DNA of 14,903 nucleotides from a virus. Its lineage: Duplodnaviria; Heunggongvirae; Uroviricota; Caudoviricetes. The notes under the pieces are model-generated. The model saw nothing but the letters and a program-made list of their open reading frames with translations, searched no databases and was not told where the DNA came from. The stretch's first letter is position 1, and every line of letters begins with the position of its first letter. The stretch is taken from positions 1 to 14,903 of the IMG/VR virus record IMGVR_UViG_3300029068_000011. The stretch is one strand, 5' to 3'. A program made the translations under genes and the position numbers. Below, one piece after another: positions 7,954 through 14,903 of this stretch.

Positions 7954-7955
7954 AT
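7926..7955 (+). promoter_or_regulatory. Rightward sigma70 promoter (pR-like): -35 TTGACA (7926-7931), 18-nt spacer, -10 TAATAT (7950-7955)
   Basis: Hexamers read directly. ydaS GGAG Shine-Dalgarno at 7970-7973, ATG at 7982. Confidence 0.55.
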
Positions 7956-7981
7956 CTCTGTGTGTTTTTGGAGTTCATTCG

Positions 7982-8278
7982 ATGAAAAAAGAGAACTATT
8001 CATTCAAGCAAGCTTGTGCTGTTGTCGGTGGGCAAACAGCAATGGCTAGGCTTTTAGGTGTATCACCTCCAAGCGTAAATCAATGGATCAAAGGGGTACG
8101 TCAATTGCCTGCCGAGAGATGTCCAGCAATTGAACGTGCAACAAGAGGTGAGGTGCTGTGCGAAGAACTTCGTCCTGATATTGACTGGTCATATTTACGA
8201 CGTTCGGCATGTTGTTCGCAGAATATGTCAGTGAAGCAACTAAATGACAGTAACAAATCCTCATTTGATCATACCTGA
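7982..8278 (+). CDS. ydaS: Cro-like HTH DNA-binding protein (98 aa)
   Basis: ORF 7982..8278. The N-terminus QACAVVGGQTAMARLLGVSPPSVNQW is a typical helix-turn-helix. Matches recalled YdaS. Confidence 0.85.
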   Translation: MKKENYSFKQACAVVGGQTAMARLLGVSPPSVNQWIKGVRQLPAERCPAIERATRGEVLCEELRPDIDWSYLRRSACCSQNMSVKQLNDSNKSSFDHT

Positions 8279-8300
8279 AACATCAAGAGGCAAATGATTC

Positions 8301-8723
8301 ATGAAAATCAAGCATGAGCACATCGAATCGGTGTTGTTTGCCCTGGCAGCCGAAAAAGGGCAGGCATGGGTAGCCAATGCAATTACTGAAGAATATCTGC
8401 GCCAGGGGGGCGGCGAATTGCCCCTGGTTCCAGGCAAGGACTGGAACAATCAGCAGAATATCTATCACCGTTGGTTGAAAGGTGAAACGAATGCGCAAAG
8501 GGAAAAAATTCAGAAGCTGATCCCAGCAATTCTGGCAATCCTTCCGCGCGAGCTGCGTCACCGACTCTGCATCTTCGATACCCTGGAACGCCGTGCATTA
8601 CTGGCGGCGCAGGAAGCGTTAAGTACGGCAATTGATGCGCATGATGATGCAGTCCAAGCCGTTTACCGGAAAGCGCATTTCAGCGGCGGCGGTTCTCCTA
8701 GCGATTCTGTCGTAGTGCATTGA
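8301..8723 (+). CDS. ydaT: YdaT (140 aa; reported toxic on overexpression, RacR-controlled)
   Basis: ORF 8301..8723, 22 nt downstream of the ydaS stop, with an AGAGG Shine-Dalgarno. Confidence 0.85.
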   Translation: MKIKHEHIESVLFALAAEKGQAWVANAITEEYLRQGGGELPLVPGKDWNNQQNIYHRWLKGETNAQREKIQKLIPAILAILPRELRHRLCIFDTLERRALLAAQEALSTAIDAHDDAVQAVYRKAHFSGGGSPSDSVVVH

Positions 8724-8736
8724 TTGAAATTAATCG

Positions 8737-8758
8737 TACCGAACTGTTTTGTTCGGTA
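8737..8758 (+). other. Perfect 8-bp hairpin (taccgaac / tgtttt / gttcggta) immediately after the ydaT stop
   Basis: Seen directly. The downstream sequence (tctgttaaatg) is only moderately U-rich, so it is a weak terminator or attenuator candidate. Confidence 0.3.
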
Positions 8759-8767
8759 TCTGTTAAA

Positions 8768-8788
8768 TGTAACGCTGCGAGCGTTACA
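8768..8788. repeat. 21-bp perfect dyad tgtaacgct-gcg-agcgttaca, abutting the ydaU ribosome-binding site
   Basis: Seen directly. First of three related dyads (see 8960 and 9168). Confidence 0.6.
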
Positions 8789-8800
8789 AGGTGAAAACAA

Positions 8801-9589
8801 ATGGCTTCAAACTGGATAAAGCTCGAAGTTATTACGCCGGATAAGCCGGAAATATTCAGGCTTGCTGAGATTCTGAATATTGATCCAGATGCCGCATTAG
8901 GGAAAGTCATTCGCTTCTGGGCATGGGCGGATCAACAAATGATAGACGGTAACGCAGAGTGTAACGCTCGCGGCGTTACAAAAAGTGCAATAGATCGCAT
9001 CACTTTTATGGCTGGTTTTGCTGATGCGTTAATTCAGGTTGGATGGCTGGTCGAAACTAATGGTGTGTTGTCGCTTCCTAACTTTGAGCGCCATAACGGG
9101 AAAAGCTCTAAAAAACGGGCGGTTACAAACGAGAGAGTAACAAAAATACGAGAACTGAAACGAAAAGGTAACGCTGCCAGCGTTACAAAAACGGATCAAA
9201 AAGCGTTACCAGAGGAAGAGAAAGAGGAAGATATAAATACTTATCTCCCCCTAAATCCCCCTCGCCAAAAACGAGCGTCTAAAAAATTCGAACCGGAGGC
9301 TATCGAGCTGCCTGACTGGTTGCCGGAAACACTCTGGCATGAGTGGGTTCAGTTCAGGCAGGCATTGCGAAAACCGATTCGAACGGAGCAGGGCGCTAAC
9401 GGGGCGATACGGGAGCTGGAAAAATTCCGCCAGCAGGGTTTTTCACCTGAGCAGGTGATTCGACACAGCATCGCCAACGAATACCAGGGCTTGTTCGCGC
9501 CGAAAGGTGTTCGACCTGAGACGTTACTCCGACAGGTTAACACCGTCTCGTTACCGGATAGTGCGATCCCGCCAGGCTTCAGGGGGTAA
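8801..9589 (+). CDS. ydaU: Putative replication initiation protein (lambda O analogue, 262 aa)
   Basis: ORF 8801..9589 (in-frame TGA 9 nt upstream of the ATG). It sits immediately upstream of the DnaC-like ydaV and contains DNA dyad repeats in its coding sequence. Function inferred from synteny. Confidence 0.75.
   Translation: MASNWIKLEVITPDKPEIFRLAEILNIDPDAALGKVIRFWAWADQQMIDGNAECNARGVTKSAIDRITFMAGFADALIQVGWLVETNGVLSLPNFERHNGKSSKKRAVTNERVTKIRELKRKGNAASVTKTDQKALPEEEKEEDINTYLPLNPPRQKRASKKFEPEAIELPDWLPETLWHEWVQFRQALRKPIRTEQGANGAIRELEKFRQQGFSPEQVIRHSIANEYQGLFAPKGVRPETLLRQVNTVSLPDSAIPPGFRG
8960..8980. repeat. Dyad tgtaacgc-tcgcg-gcgttaca inside ydaU
   Basis: Seen directly; 8-bp perfect arms. A ggtaacgc half-site lies at 8948-8955. 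Confidence 0.6.
9168..9186. repeat. Dyad gtaacgctg-c-cagcgttac inside ydaU
   Basis: Seen directly; 9-bp perfect arms. Additional GTTACAAA(A) half-sites at about 9122, 9137 and 9202. Confidence 0.6.
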
Positions 9590-9595
9590 CTGACC

Positions 9596-10342
9596 ATGAA
9601 AAATATTGCGACAGGCGACGTTCTTGAACGTATCCGCAGACTGGCCCCGTCACATGTAACCGCGCCATTCAAGACGGTAGCGGAGTGGCGCGAGTGGCAA
9701 CTTTCCGAAGGCCAGAAACGTTGTGAGGAGATCAACCGTCAGAATCGTCAGTTGCGGGTGGAAAAAATTCTGAATCGCTCTGGCATCCAGCCATTGCACC
9801 GCAAATGCTCGTTTTCGAATTACCAGGTGCAGAACGAAGGGCAGCGATACGCGTTGAGTCAGGCGAAATCCATCGCTGATGAACTGATGACCGGGTGTAC
9901 AAATTTTGCGTTCAGCGGAAAACCTGGTACCGGGAAGAATCACTTAGCGGCAGCTATCGGGAATCGCCTGCTGAAAGACGGTCAGACAGTGATTGTGGTT
10001 ACCGTGGCTGATGTTATGAGTGCCCTCCACGCCAGCTATGACGACGGGCAGTCAGGCGAAAAATTTTTGCGGGAACTGTGCGAAGTGGATCTGCTGGTTC
10101 TTGATGAAATTGGCATTCAGCGCGAGACGAAAAACGAGCAGGTGGTACTGCACCAGATTATTGATCGACGGACAGCGTCGATGCGTAGCGTGGGAATGCT
10201 GACAAACCTGAACTATGAGGCCATGAAAACATTGCTCGGCGAGCGGATTATGGATCGCATGACCATGAACGGCGGGCGATGGGTGAATTTTAACTGGGAG
10301 AGCTGGCGTCCGAATGTCGTCCAGCCAGGAATTGCGAAGTAA
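9596..10342 (+). CDS. ydaV: DnaC/IstB-like AAA+ helicase-loader ATPase (lambda P functional analogue, 248 aa)
   Basis: ORF 9596..10342. Walker [16 protein letters not shown] and Walker B LLVLDEIG are visible in the translation. Confidence 0.9.
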   Translation: MKNIATGDVLERIRRLAPSHVTAPFKTVAEWREWQLSEGQKRCEEINRQNRQLRVEKILNRSGIQPLHRKCSFSNYQVQNEGQRYALSQAKSIADELMTGCTNFAFSGKPGTGKNHLAAAIGNRLLKDGQTVIVVTVADVMSALHASYDDGQSGEKFLRELCEVDLLVLDEIGIQRETKNEQVVLHQIIDRRTASMRSVGMLTNLNYEAMKTLLGERIMDRMTMNGGRWVNFNWESWRPNVVQPGIAK

Positions 10343-10364
10343 TTTTTACCGGGAGAAAAATTTA

Positions 10365-11126
10365 ATGGAGACTGTTTTTGACGCACTGAAAGCAATGGGG
10401 AAAGCTACGTCGGTAGAACTGGCTGCGCGACTTGATATCAGTCGTGAAGAAGTGCTGAACGAGCTGTGGGAACTGAAAAAGGCTGGCTTCGTTGATAAAA
10501 GCGTATACACCTGGCGCGTGGCTGATAACAACGTTCAGCAGGAACAGCCAGAGCAGGCAGAACTGCCGGAAGAAACCACCACGGCAACAGTCGCAAAAAT
10601 TTCGGAGTGCGATTTAACTGCGACGATTGAACAACGTGGCCCACAAACGGCGGATGAACTGGCTACGTTTTTCGGCATCACATCACGCAAAGTGGCTTCA
10701 ACGCTGGCAATGGCAATCAGTAAAGGTCGTCTGATTCGCGTTAATCAGAACGGTAAATTTCGTTACTGCATGCCGGGCGATAATTTACCAGCAGAGCCGA
10801 AAGCTGCATCGGTAGCGGAAACTGATGGTAAAGCCTTTCCTCAGCCAGCCGGTGTTGCGTTACCAGTACAGGAAGCGGCAACACAGGAAGATATTAAAAC
10901 AGAAACTGTGGCGGACATTGTGCAGTCGCTGCCATCGTTTACTGAAACGCAAGCGGATGACCTGGTTTTACCATCGCTGCATATGGCAAACCGCGAACTG
11001 CGTCGGGCGAAAAATCATGTCCAGAAGTGGGAGCGAGTCTGCGCCGCGCTGCGGGAGCTGAACAAGCACCGGGATATTGTCCGACAGATTGTCGATTCCT
11101 CCAGTCGTATTGTGTCGGAAAAGTGA
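10365..11126 (+). CDS. ydaW: Putative DNA-binding prophage protein, apparently full length (253 aa)
   Basis: ORF 10314..11126; start placed at ATG 10365 ([12 protein letters not shown]...) because a GGGAGA Shine-Dalgarno lies 8 nt upstream and 10314 is inside ydaV. Two winged-helix-like segments ([19 protein letters not shown] and [20 protein letters not shown]). The gene symbol is a tentative recall. Confidence 0.65.
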   Translation: METVFDALKAMGKATSVELAARLDISREEVLNELWELKKAGFVDKSVYTWRVADNNVQQEQPEQAELPEETTTATVAKISECDLTATIEQRGPQTADELATFFGITSRKVASTLAMAISKGRLIRVNQNGKFRYCMPGDNLPAEPKAASVAETDGKAFPQPAGVALPVQEAATQEDIKTETVADIVQSLPSFTETQADDLVLPSLHMANRELRRAKNHVQKWERVCAALRELNKHRDIVRQIVDSSSRIVSEK

Positions 11127-11141
11127 TTGCCGGAGGCGCTT

Positions 11142-11564
11142 ATGGCAAAAGTTTTTACACAGGAAGAGCGGGAAAAAATTAAAGGGCAGGTTGTTGAGCT
11201 AGTACGCCGGAGTGGACGCTAGACGTTACGGCAACTGGAAGTCAAGACAGGTGCGACAAGATATCTGATGAGCGTTCTCGCAAGAGAGCTGGTTGCCAGC
11301 GGCGATGTATACAACTCTGGTTACGGGTTATTCCCGTCTGAACAGGCGCGTAAGGACTGGCAAAATGCCCGTAAAAAGCTCTCAAGGGCAAAGCTGAAGA
11401 AACCATCTGCGGTTGATCCGGACCTTATCTGGTCATTACCTGACGGAGAAATACGTCGCTACGACAGGCGTCAGAACATAATCTGTCGCGAGTGCCGGAA
11501 GAGTGAAGTTATGCAGCGCATATTGTCGTTTTATCAGGGTGATGTTCGGTATTTATTGAAGTGA
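11142..11564 (+). pseudogene. Ren-like gene (lambda ren family) interrupted by an in-frame TAG at 11220-11222
   Basis: ATG 11142 with a GGAGG Shine-Dalgarno 5 nt upstream gives MAKVFTQEEREKIKGQVVELVRRSGR, then TAG, continuing in the same frame to 11564. The C-terminus ICRECRKSEVMQRILSFY resembles the lambda Ren C-terminus as I recall it (...KECRQSAAMKRVLAVY...). The position immediately after the replication genes agrees. Confidence 0.5.
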
Positions 11565-11710
11565 CGAGATTAAAGTGCATTAGTTCAGATGCAAATTGAC
11601 ATTTTGTGGCACAGGGTAGAGCTAGCGTGGTTGTCCGCTTTGTGCCAACAGCGGACATTATAGATGGTATATGTAGAAAGTGAACATGCGTAGATTGTAT
11701 GATTTAGCCG

Positions 11711-12520
11711 TCACTTAATTATTGGATAACTCACACAAGTATGACCGTTGCTTATCGCATACATTTGGTTTCCCTTAAGATTTACAAATGGAAATGTCGT
11801 ATACTCATAATTTATAGAGGTCATATTAAATGTAAGGAATTTATCTTCAAGTTCTAATTTTGTAGAGTGGGCAGGGTATGTTCCTTCATTTTTCATTGTG
11901 ATAATAAAACCGATAGGAAAAAAATGTAAAGCACAAATAAATGCCACATGTCCTTCGTTCATAAATGCTACACTTTGAGCGGATATGTGCATTCTGTGTG
12001 GGTAAAACCAGTAGTAAATATCATGAGTTTCCTCAAAACTTGAATTTTTACCCAAAACATAATCCTTTAAAGGTGTATAGAAGGGGCTATCTACGGGTTC
12101 TTTTTTACAATCTTCAACTGAAGTTGCTGATAGCACGTGCCCAATCATAGCCTTAGTGAAAGATATGCTATCAAAAGGTATTCTAATGAATGGATATACA
12201 TTCATACCATTCATATATCGACTTAACTGTTCTTTAAAGGACTTTGTTACATTTTCAATTGCAACATCGAGCCCACCTAATACCTTATTGTTACAGTGGC
12301 TGCAAATGGTTCTGAAATAAGAGCCATTTTTAGCATTTAATGGTTTAACTGGTTCCTGAATACCAAAAAATTCGCTAACTGTTTTCTGCAAAACAGGGCC
12401 TAAGGTTATGGCGCACTTTGGAGGAACATGATCTTTTGTGAGCAAGCCATATTTCCCACAAATATTGCAATAACCTTCAGTAATGCCATTGTGCTTCCAT
12501 CGTTCACTAATTTTCGTCAT
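11711..12520 (-). CDS. Cargo protein with an N-terminal HNH-nuclease-like zinc-knuckle motif and a roughly 180-aa C-terminal region of unknown function (269 aa)
   Basis: ORF 11711..12520 with a GAGGGA Shine-Dalgarno 7 nt upstream. Motif C18-x2-C21 ... D30-H31-V-P-P ... N ... C73-S-H-C76-N-N-K fits the HNH pattern CxxC...DH..P...N...CxxC(H/N)..K. Lies in an AT-rich segment. Confidence 0.6.
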   Translation of the reverse strand: MTKISERWKHNGITEGYCNICGKYGLLTKDHVPPKCAITLGPVLQKTVSEFFGIQEPVKPLNAKNGSYFRTICSHCNNKVLGGLDVAIENVTKSFKEQLSRYMNGMNVYPFIRIPFDSISFTKAMIGHVLSATSVEDCKKEPVDSPFYTPLKDYVLGKNSSFEETHDIYYWFYPHRMHISAQSVAFMNEGHVAFICALHFFPIGFIITMKNEGTYPAHSTKLELEDKFLTFNMTSINYEYTTFPFVNLKGNQMYAISNGHTCVSYPIIK

Positions 12521-12843
12521 TTTTATTCCCTCAGTAGCATAAGCTATCTATACGTTTTTTAATCCTATCAAAGATACAACTTAACGTCAGGAAAATGATA
12601 GTGTTTATCTAAGTAATACAATTAACTTCAACGCGTGACAGTCTGCTTTTCGCTCAAAGCGGACTAGAAGGTTAGCTTGCGTCGGACTTGGCGTATTTAA
12701 AGAAGTGCTGGTGGTGACTGGTTGTTGTGTTCCATTTCTACAGAATAAAATCACAGAAACTATACCCAATAGTTGTATTGAATCACTGACGAGACAGCCT
12801 CATATTTATCAGGACTGGTGTGCGTCTAATACAGGGGGTTGTC

Positions 12844-12933
12844 GTGCTGGTTCTCAAATGTGCGCTGGCTATTGCGGCTGTAATGGCAATTTATTGTCTT
12901 GCTGTTGTTCTTATGGAGCGGCTTTCTGATTGA
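12844..12933 (+). CDS. Candidate small hydrophobic peptide (29 aa: M/V-LVLKCALAIAAVMAIYCLAVVLMERLSD)
   Basis: GTG 12844 preceded by AGGGGG (12833-12838, 5-nt spacing). Codons are G-first-position rich (GCG, CTG, GCT, GTT). It is in a different frame from the 74-aa Cys-rich ORF in the track. Terminator about 155 nt downstream. Not confirmed. Confidence 0.3.
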   Translation: MLVLKCALAIAAVMAIYCLAVVLMERLSD

Positions 12934-13089
12934 TTACATACTGGCTAGAAAAAAGGTGTTACCTTGGTTTATCTTTGTCCGGCAAGGTGCGCTCATTAAT
13001 CTTAAGTAAATTTATTGCTCAAGTATTCAGATTACTTCTTATGGTTGAAGTCTCCTGTCAATGTAGAACCAATATATTTACAAAAATGA

Positions 13090-13117
13090 GACCCGTCGGG
13101 GATAGCCCTGCCGGGTC
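13090..13117. terminator. Bidirectional intrinsic terminator (stem gacccgtcgggg / loop atag / ccctgccgggtc)
   Basis: About 10 of 12 stem pairs. On the minus strand it is followed by TCATTTTTGT, 30 nt after the DUF1971 gene stop; on the plus strand it is preceded by an A-tract and followed by tgactgtt. Confidence 0.55.
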
Positions 13118-13147
13118 TGACTGTTAAAGCATTTTTAATATGATCAT

Positions 13148-13486
13148 CTATTTTTTGGTGCTATAGACTTTTTCGCCCGAGAAGTCTGGAGCGACCCAAA
13201 AGTTAATATTAAACAGAGCATCATCGCTTAGTTCAACACGGTGCCAGTATTGTGGTGGGCTTGTTGCAAAAGCGCCAGCATTAATGACTACTTTTATCTC
13301 CGGTTCAGTAGCATTCTCATCAGTAAAACCATAATATGTTACAGTGCCTTCCATTACGCACAACTGCCCAAAAACACCTGCTGCTGTATTATGATGTGTT
13401 AATAACGCTGAAGGTACGTTCTCTTTTGTGAAGAACGGAGTTGAGCGTTTGATTACCCAATCTTTAGGAATTCTCTTGTGTGTCAT
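13148..13486 (-). CDS. DUF1971-family protein (YeaR / TehB N-terminal-like, 112 aa)
   Basis: ORF 13148..13510; start at ATG 13486 (MTHKRIPKDW...) because a perfect GAGGAGG Shine-Dalgarno lies 5 nt upstream. The pattern RSTPF...THHNTAAGVFGQL...G.V.YYGF...EP......AG.FA..PPQYWH.....DD..FNI.FWV resembles YeaR-type proteins as I recall them. Confidence 0.65.
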   Translation of the reverse strand: MTHKRIPKDWVIKRSTPFFTKENVPSALLTHHNTAAGVFGQLCVMEGTVTYYGFTDENATEPEIKVVINAGAFATSPPQYWHRVELSDDALFNINFWVAPDFSGEKVYSTKK

Positions 13487-13508
13487 AACCACCTCCTCAA
13501 AAACATGC

Positions 13509-13541
13509 ATTATAAATGCGTGTTTTTGAGGGTTATGTCAA
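13509..13541 (-). promoter_or_regulatory. Candidate promoter for the DUF1971 gene: -35 TTGACA (13536-13541) with -10 ATTTAT (18-nt spacer) or a perfect TATAAT (13509-13514, 21-nt spacer)
   Basis: Hexamers read on the minus strand. The spacing is non-ideal for the perfect -10, hence low confidence. Confidence 0.3.
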
Positions 13542-14299
13542 GCTGTTATGAAACACATAATTGATATGTTGATTAGAGGAGAAGATATAATAAATATGGT
13601 TGTTTTTCGTATAACTATTTGTTTTACTTTTAGTTTATGCATTCTGTGTGTTAGGAATAAGTTATTAAAGTTTAATCAAAAAATCTCGATGTAGTCTACA
13701 TAGATTATTGTTACTGAACCTTATTGTGTGTATTAGTTGTGTTCTGAAATTTCAGCTTAATTATTTATGATGTATTTTTTAACGATAAATATTTTCCCAG
13801 GATACCTTTACTGTGTATATAAATAAATTATATACACATAAATAATGTAAAGGCGTCCTTTTAGATATATCTTATCAAATGTTAATGACTTGAGTGGGAA
13901 ATATGATTCCAGCAACTTATCATGTGGCTACTTTATAAAAATAATGCCCATATAAAACAACAAGCGAAAAGGATTACGGATAAAAAAGGAGCGAGATGTG
14001 CGAACTTGTTATTTTCCATGTTTAACCACCTTAAATAATTGATGATGACGGGATGATTGCATCTGTAATGCTTTTATTGAAATGTTATGATAAAAAAGAA
14101 CTTTTGCATAACATTAAAATGTAATTTATCTAATCGTTTTTAATAATAAATGTCGTATTTCTATCCTTGTACCAGCTATTTGATATGTAGTGTTTGTTCA
14201 TGCTATGTGGGGCTTTACACCATAGCCAGTTTATTTATACTTTATTCGTCAGCCTGAACAACTGGCATCTGCTGCGCTGCGTCATCGAGAGATTGAGAA

Positions 14300-14860
14300 A
14301 TGGCGCATATACAACTGGTCAAACAAACCTCTTCTGGTTTACTTCTCCCGGCGACGCCGGAGAGTTGCGATTTTTTGCATCAAATCAAAATAGGTGAGTG
14401 GATACACGCAGACTTTAAGCGTGTGCGTAACTACGCATTCCACAAGCGTTTTTTCAAACTCCTGCAACTGGGATTCGATTACTGGACTCCGGTCGGTGGG
14501 GCGATCACGCCTCGCGAACGAAAACTGGTATCGGGCTTCGTTGATTACTTGTGCGAATCAGTAGGTCGGGAACACACTCCAGCCCTGAGTGATGCCGCAG
14601 AGCAATACCTTAATACCGTTGCGACATGCAGAACCCGGGATACGGCATTGCTAAAGTCGTTTGACGCTTTCCGCGAGTGGGTAACCATTCAGGCAGGATT
14701 TTACACCGAGTATATTTATCCTGATGGTAGTCGTGGGCGCAGGGCAAAATCTATCGCATTTGCGAACATGGACGAAACCGAGTTTCAGCAGGTTTATAAA
14801 TCTGTACTGAATGTGCTGTGGAACTGTGATCCTACCCACGTAATATGGACACAGGCCTAA
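14300..14860 (+). CDS. Conserved phage hypothetical protein (186 aa), probably a nin-region-type gene
   Basis: ORF 14300..14860 with a coding-like composition that contrasts with the upstream AT-rich spacer. Weak Shine-Dalgarno (gagag). No recognisable motif. Confidence 0.55.
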   Translation: MAHIQLVKQTSSGLLLPATPESCDFLHQIKIGEWIHADFKRVRNYAFHKRFFKLLQLGFDYWTPVGGAITPRERKLVSGFVDYLCESVGREHTPALSDAAEQYLNTVATCRTRDTALLKSFDAFREWVTIQAGFYTEYIYPDGSRGRRAKSIAFANMDETEFQQVYKSVLNVLWNCDPTHVIWTQA

Positions 14861-14903
14861 GCGAGGTTCTTGTTTTCAAATTGTTCCGGACTGAGGCCGC
14901 CAC

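Noticed and set aside
8261-8910. Minus-strand ORFs 8261..8449, 8283..8561, 8383..8631, 8698..8910
   Set aside because: Antisense to ydaT and the ydaU start.
9349-11061. ORFs 9349..9735(-), 9650..9943(-), 10020..10202(+), 10213..10395(-), 10346..10531(-), 10438..10644(-), 10825..11061(+)
   Set aside because: Overlap ydaU, ydaV or ydaW in other frames or strands; no motifs.
11596-11626. TTGACA at 11596-11601 as a plus-strand promoter
   Set aside because: No acceptable -10 hexamer at 16-19 nt spacing.
11632-11657. 8-bp hairpin (tgtccgct / 10-nt loop / agcggaca) after the ren-like gene
   Set aside because: No convincing U-tract on either strand; too weak to call a terminator.
11965-12150. 61-aa plus-strand ORF
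   Set aside because: Antisense inside the HNH-motif gene.
12705-12929. 74-aa Cys/Gly-rich ORF (GTG start)
   Set aside because: No Shine-Dalgarno, GTG start, and the overlapping +1 frame has the more coding-like codon pattern and a ribosome-binding site. Not fully excluded: a Cys-rich peptide here would also be interesting.
12930-13127. 65-aa plus-strand ORF
   Set aside because: Reads straight through the intrinsic terminator hairpin at 13090-13117; no ribosome-binding site.
13566-13694. Possible 32-42 codon hydrophobic ORF (MVVFRITICFTFSLCILCVRNKLLKFNQKISM) in the AT-rich spacer
   Set aside because: The Shine-Dalgarno spacing is poor (about 14 nt) and AT-rich DNA readily gives Phe/Ile/Leu-rich pseudo-ORFs; kept only as a note.
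14194-14839. ORFs 14194..14397 (plus) and 14651..14839 (minus)
   Set aside because: The first overlaps the start of the 14300 gene out of frame; the second is antisense inside it.
1-14903. CRISPR arrays, tRNA or rRNA genes, IS elements
   Set aside because: No direct-repeat and spacer periodicity, no cloverleaf-like conserved tRNA motifs, and no transposase-like ORF or terminal inverted repeats were seen.

Overview
The window reads as the left arm, immunity region and replication module of a Rac-type lambdoid cryptic prophage of Escherichia coli, followed by an AT-rich cargo island. All identifications come from reading the supplied translations and the sequence; no database search or alignment was run, and gene names are recalled from the E. 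coli K-12 Rac gene set. Leftward (minus strand) lie a truncated integrase, xisR, ydaC, ralR, recT, recE (interrupted by one in-frame TGA), racC, ydaE and kilR. sieB is on the plus strand, with ydaF and ydaG convergent to it. racR (repressor) is divergent from ydaS-ydaT-ydaU-ydaV-ydaW, and is flanked on both sides by mirrored operator-like repeats with near-consensus sigma70 promoters (pL-like and pR-like). Downstream is a ren-like gene broken by an in-frame TAG, then a visibly AT-rich island (about 11.57-14.3 kb) with a 269-aa protein carrying an N-terminal HNH-nuclease-like zinc-knuckle motif, a possible 29-aa hydrophobic peptide ORF, a bidirectional intrinsic terminator and a DUF1971/YeaR-like protein, and finally a conserved phage hypothetical gene. 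The best candidates for something undescribed are the HNH-domain cargo protein and its small-peptide neighbour. Other points of interest are dyad repeats embedded in ydaU (possible origin or operators), a candidate tL-like terminator upstream of kilR-recET, and three inactivating lesions (int truncation, recE opal, ren-like amber). No tRNA, rRNA, CRISPR array or IS element was recognised.
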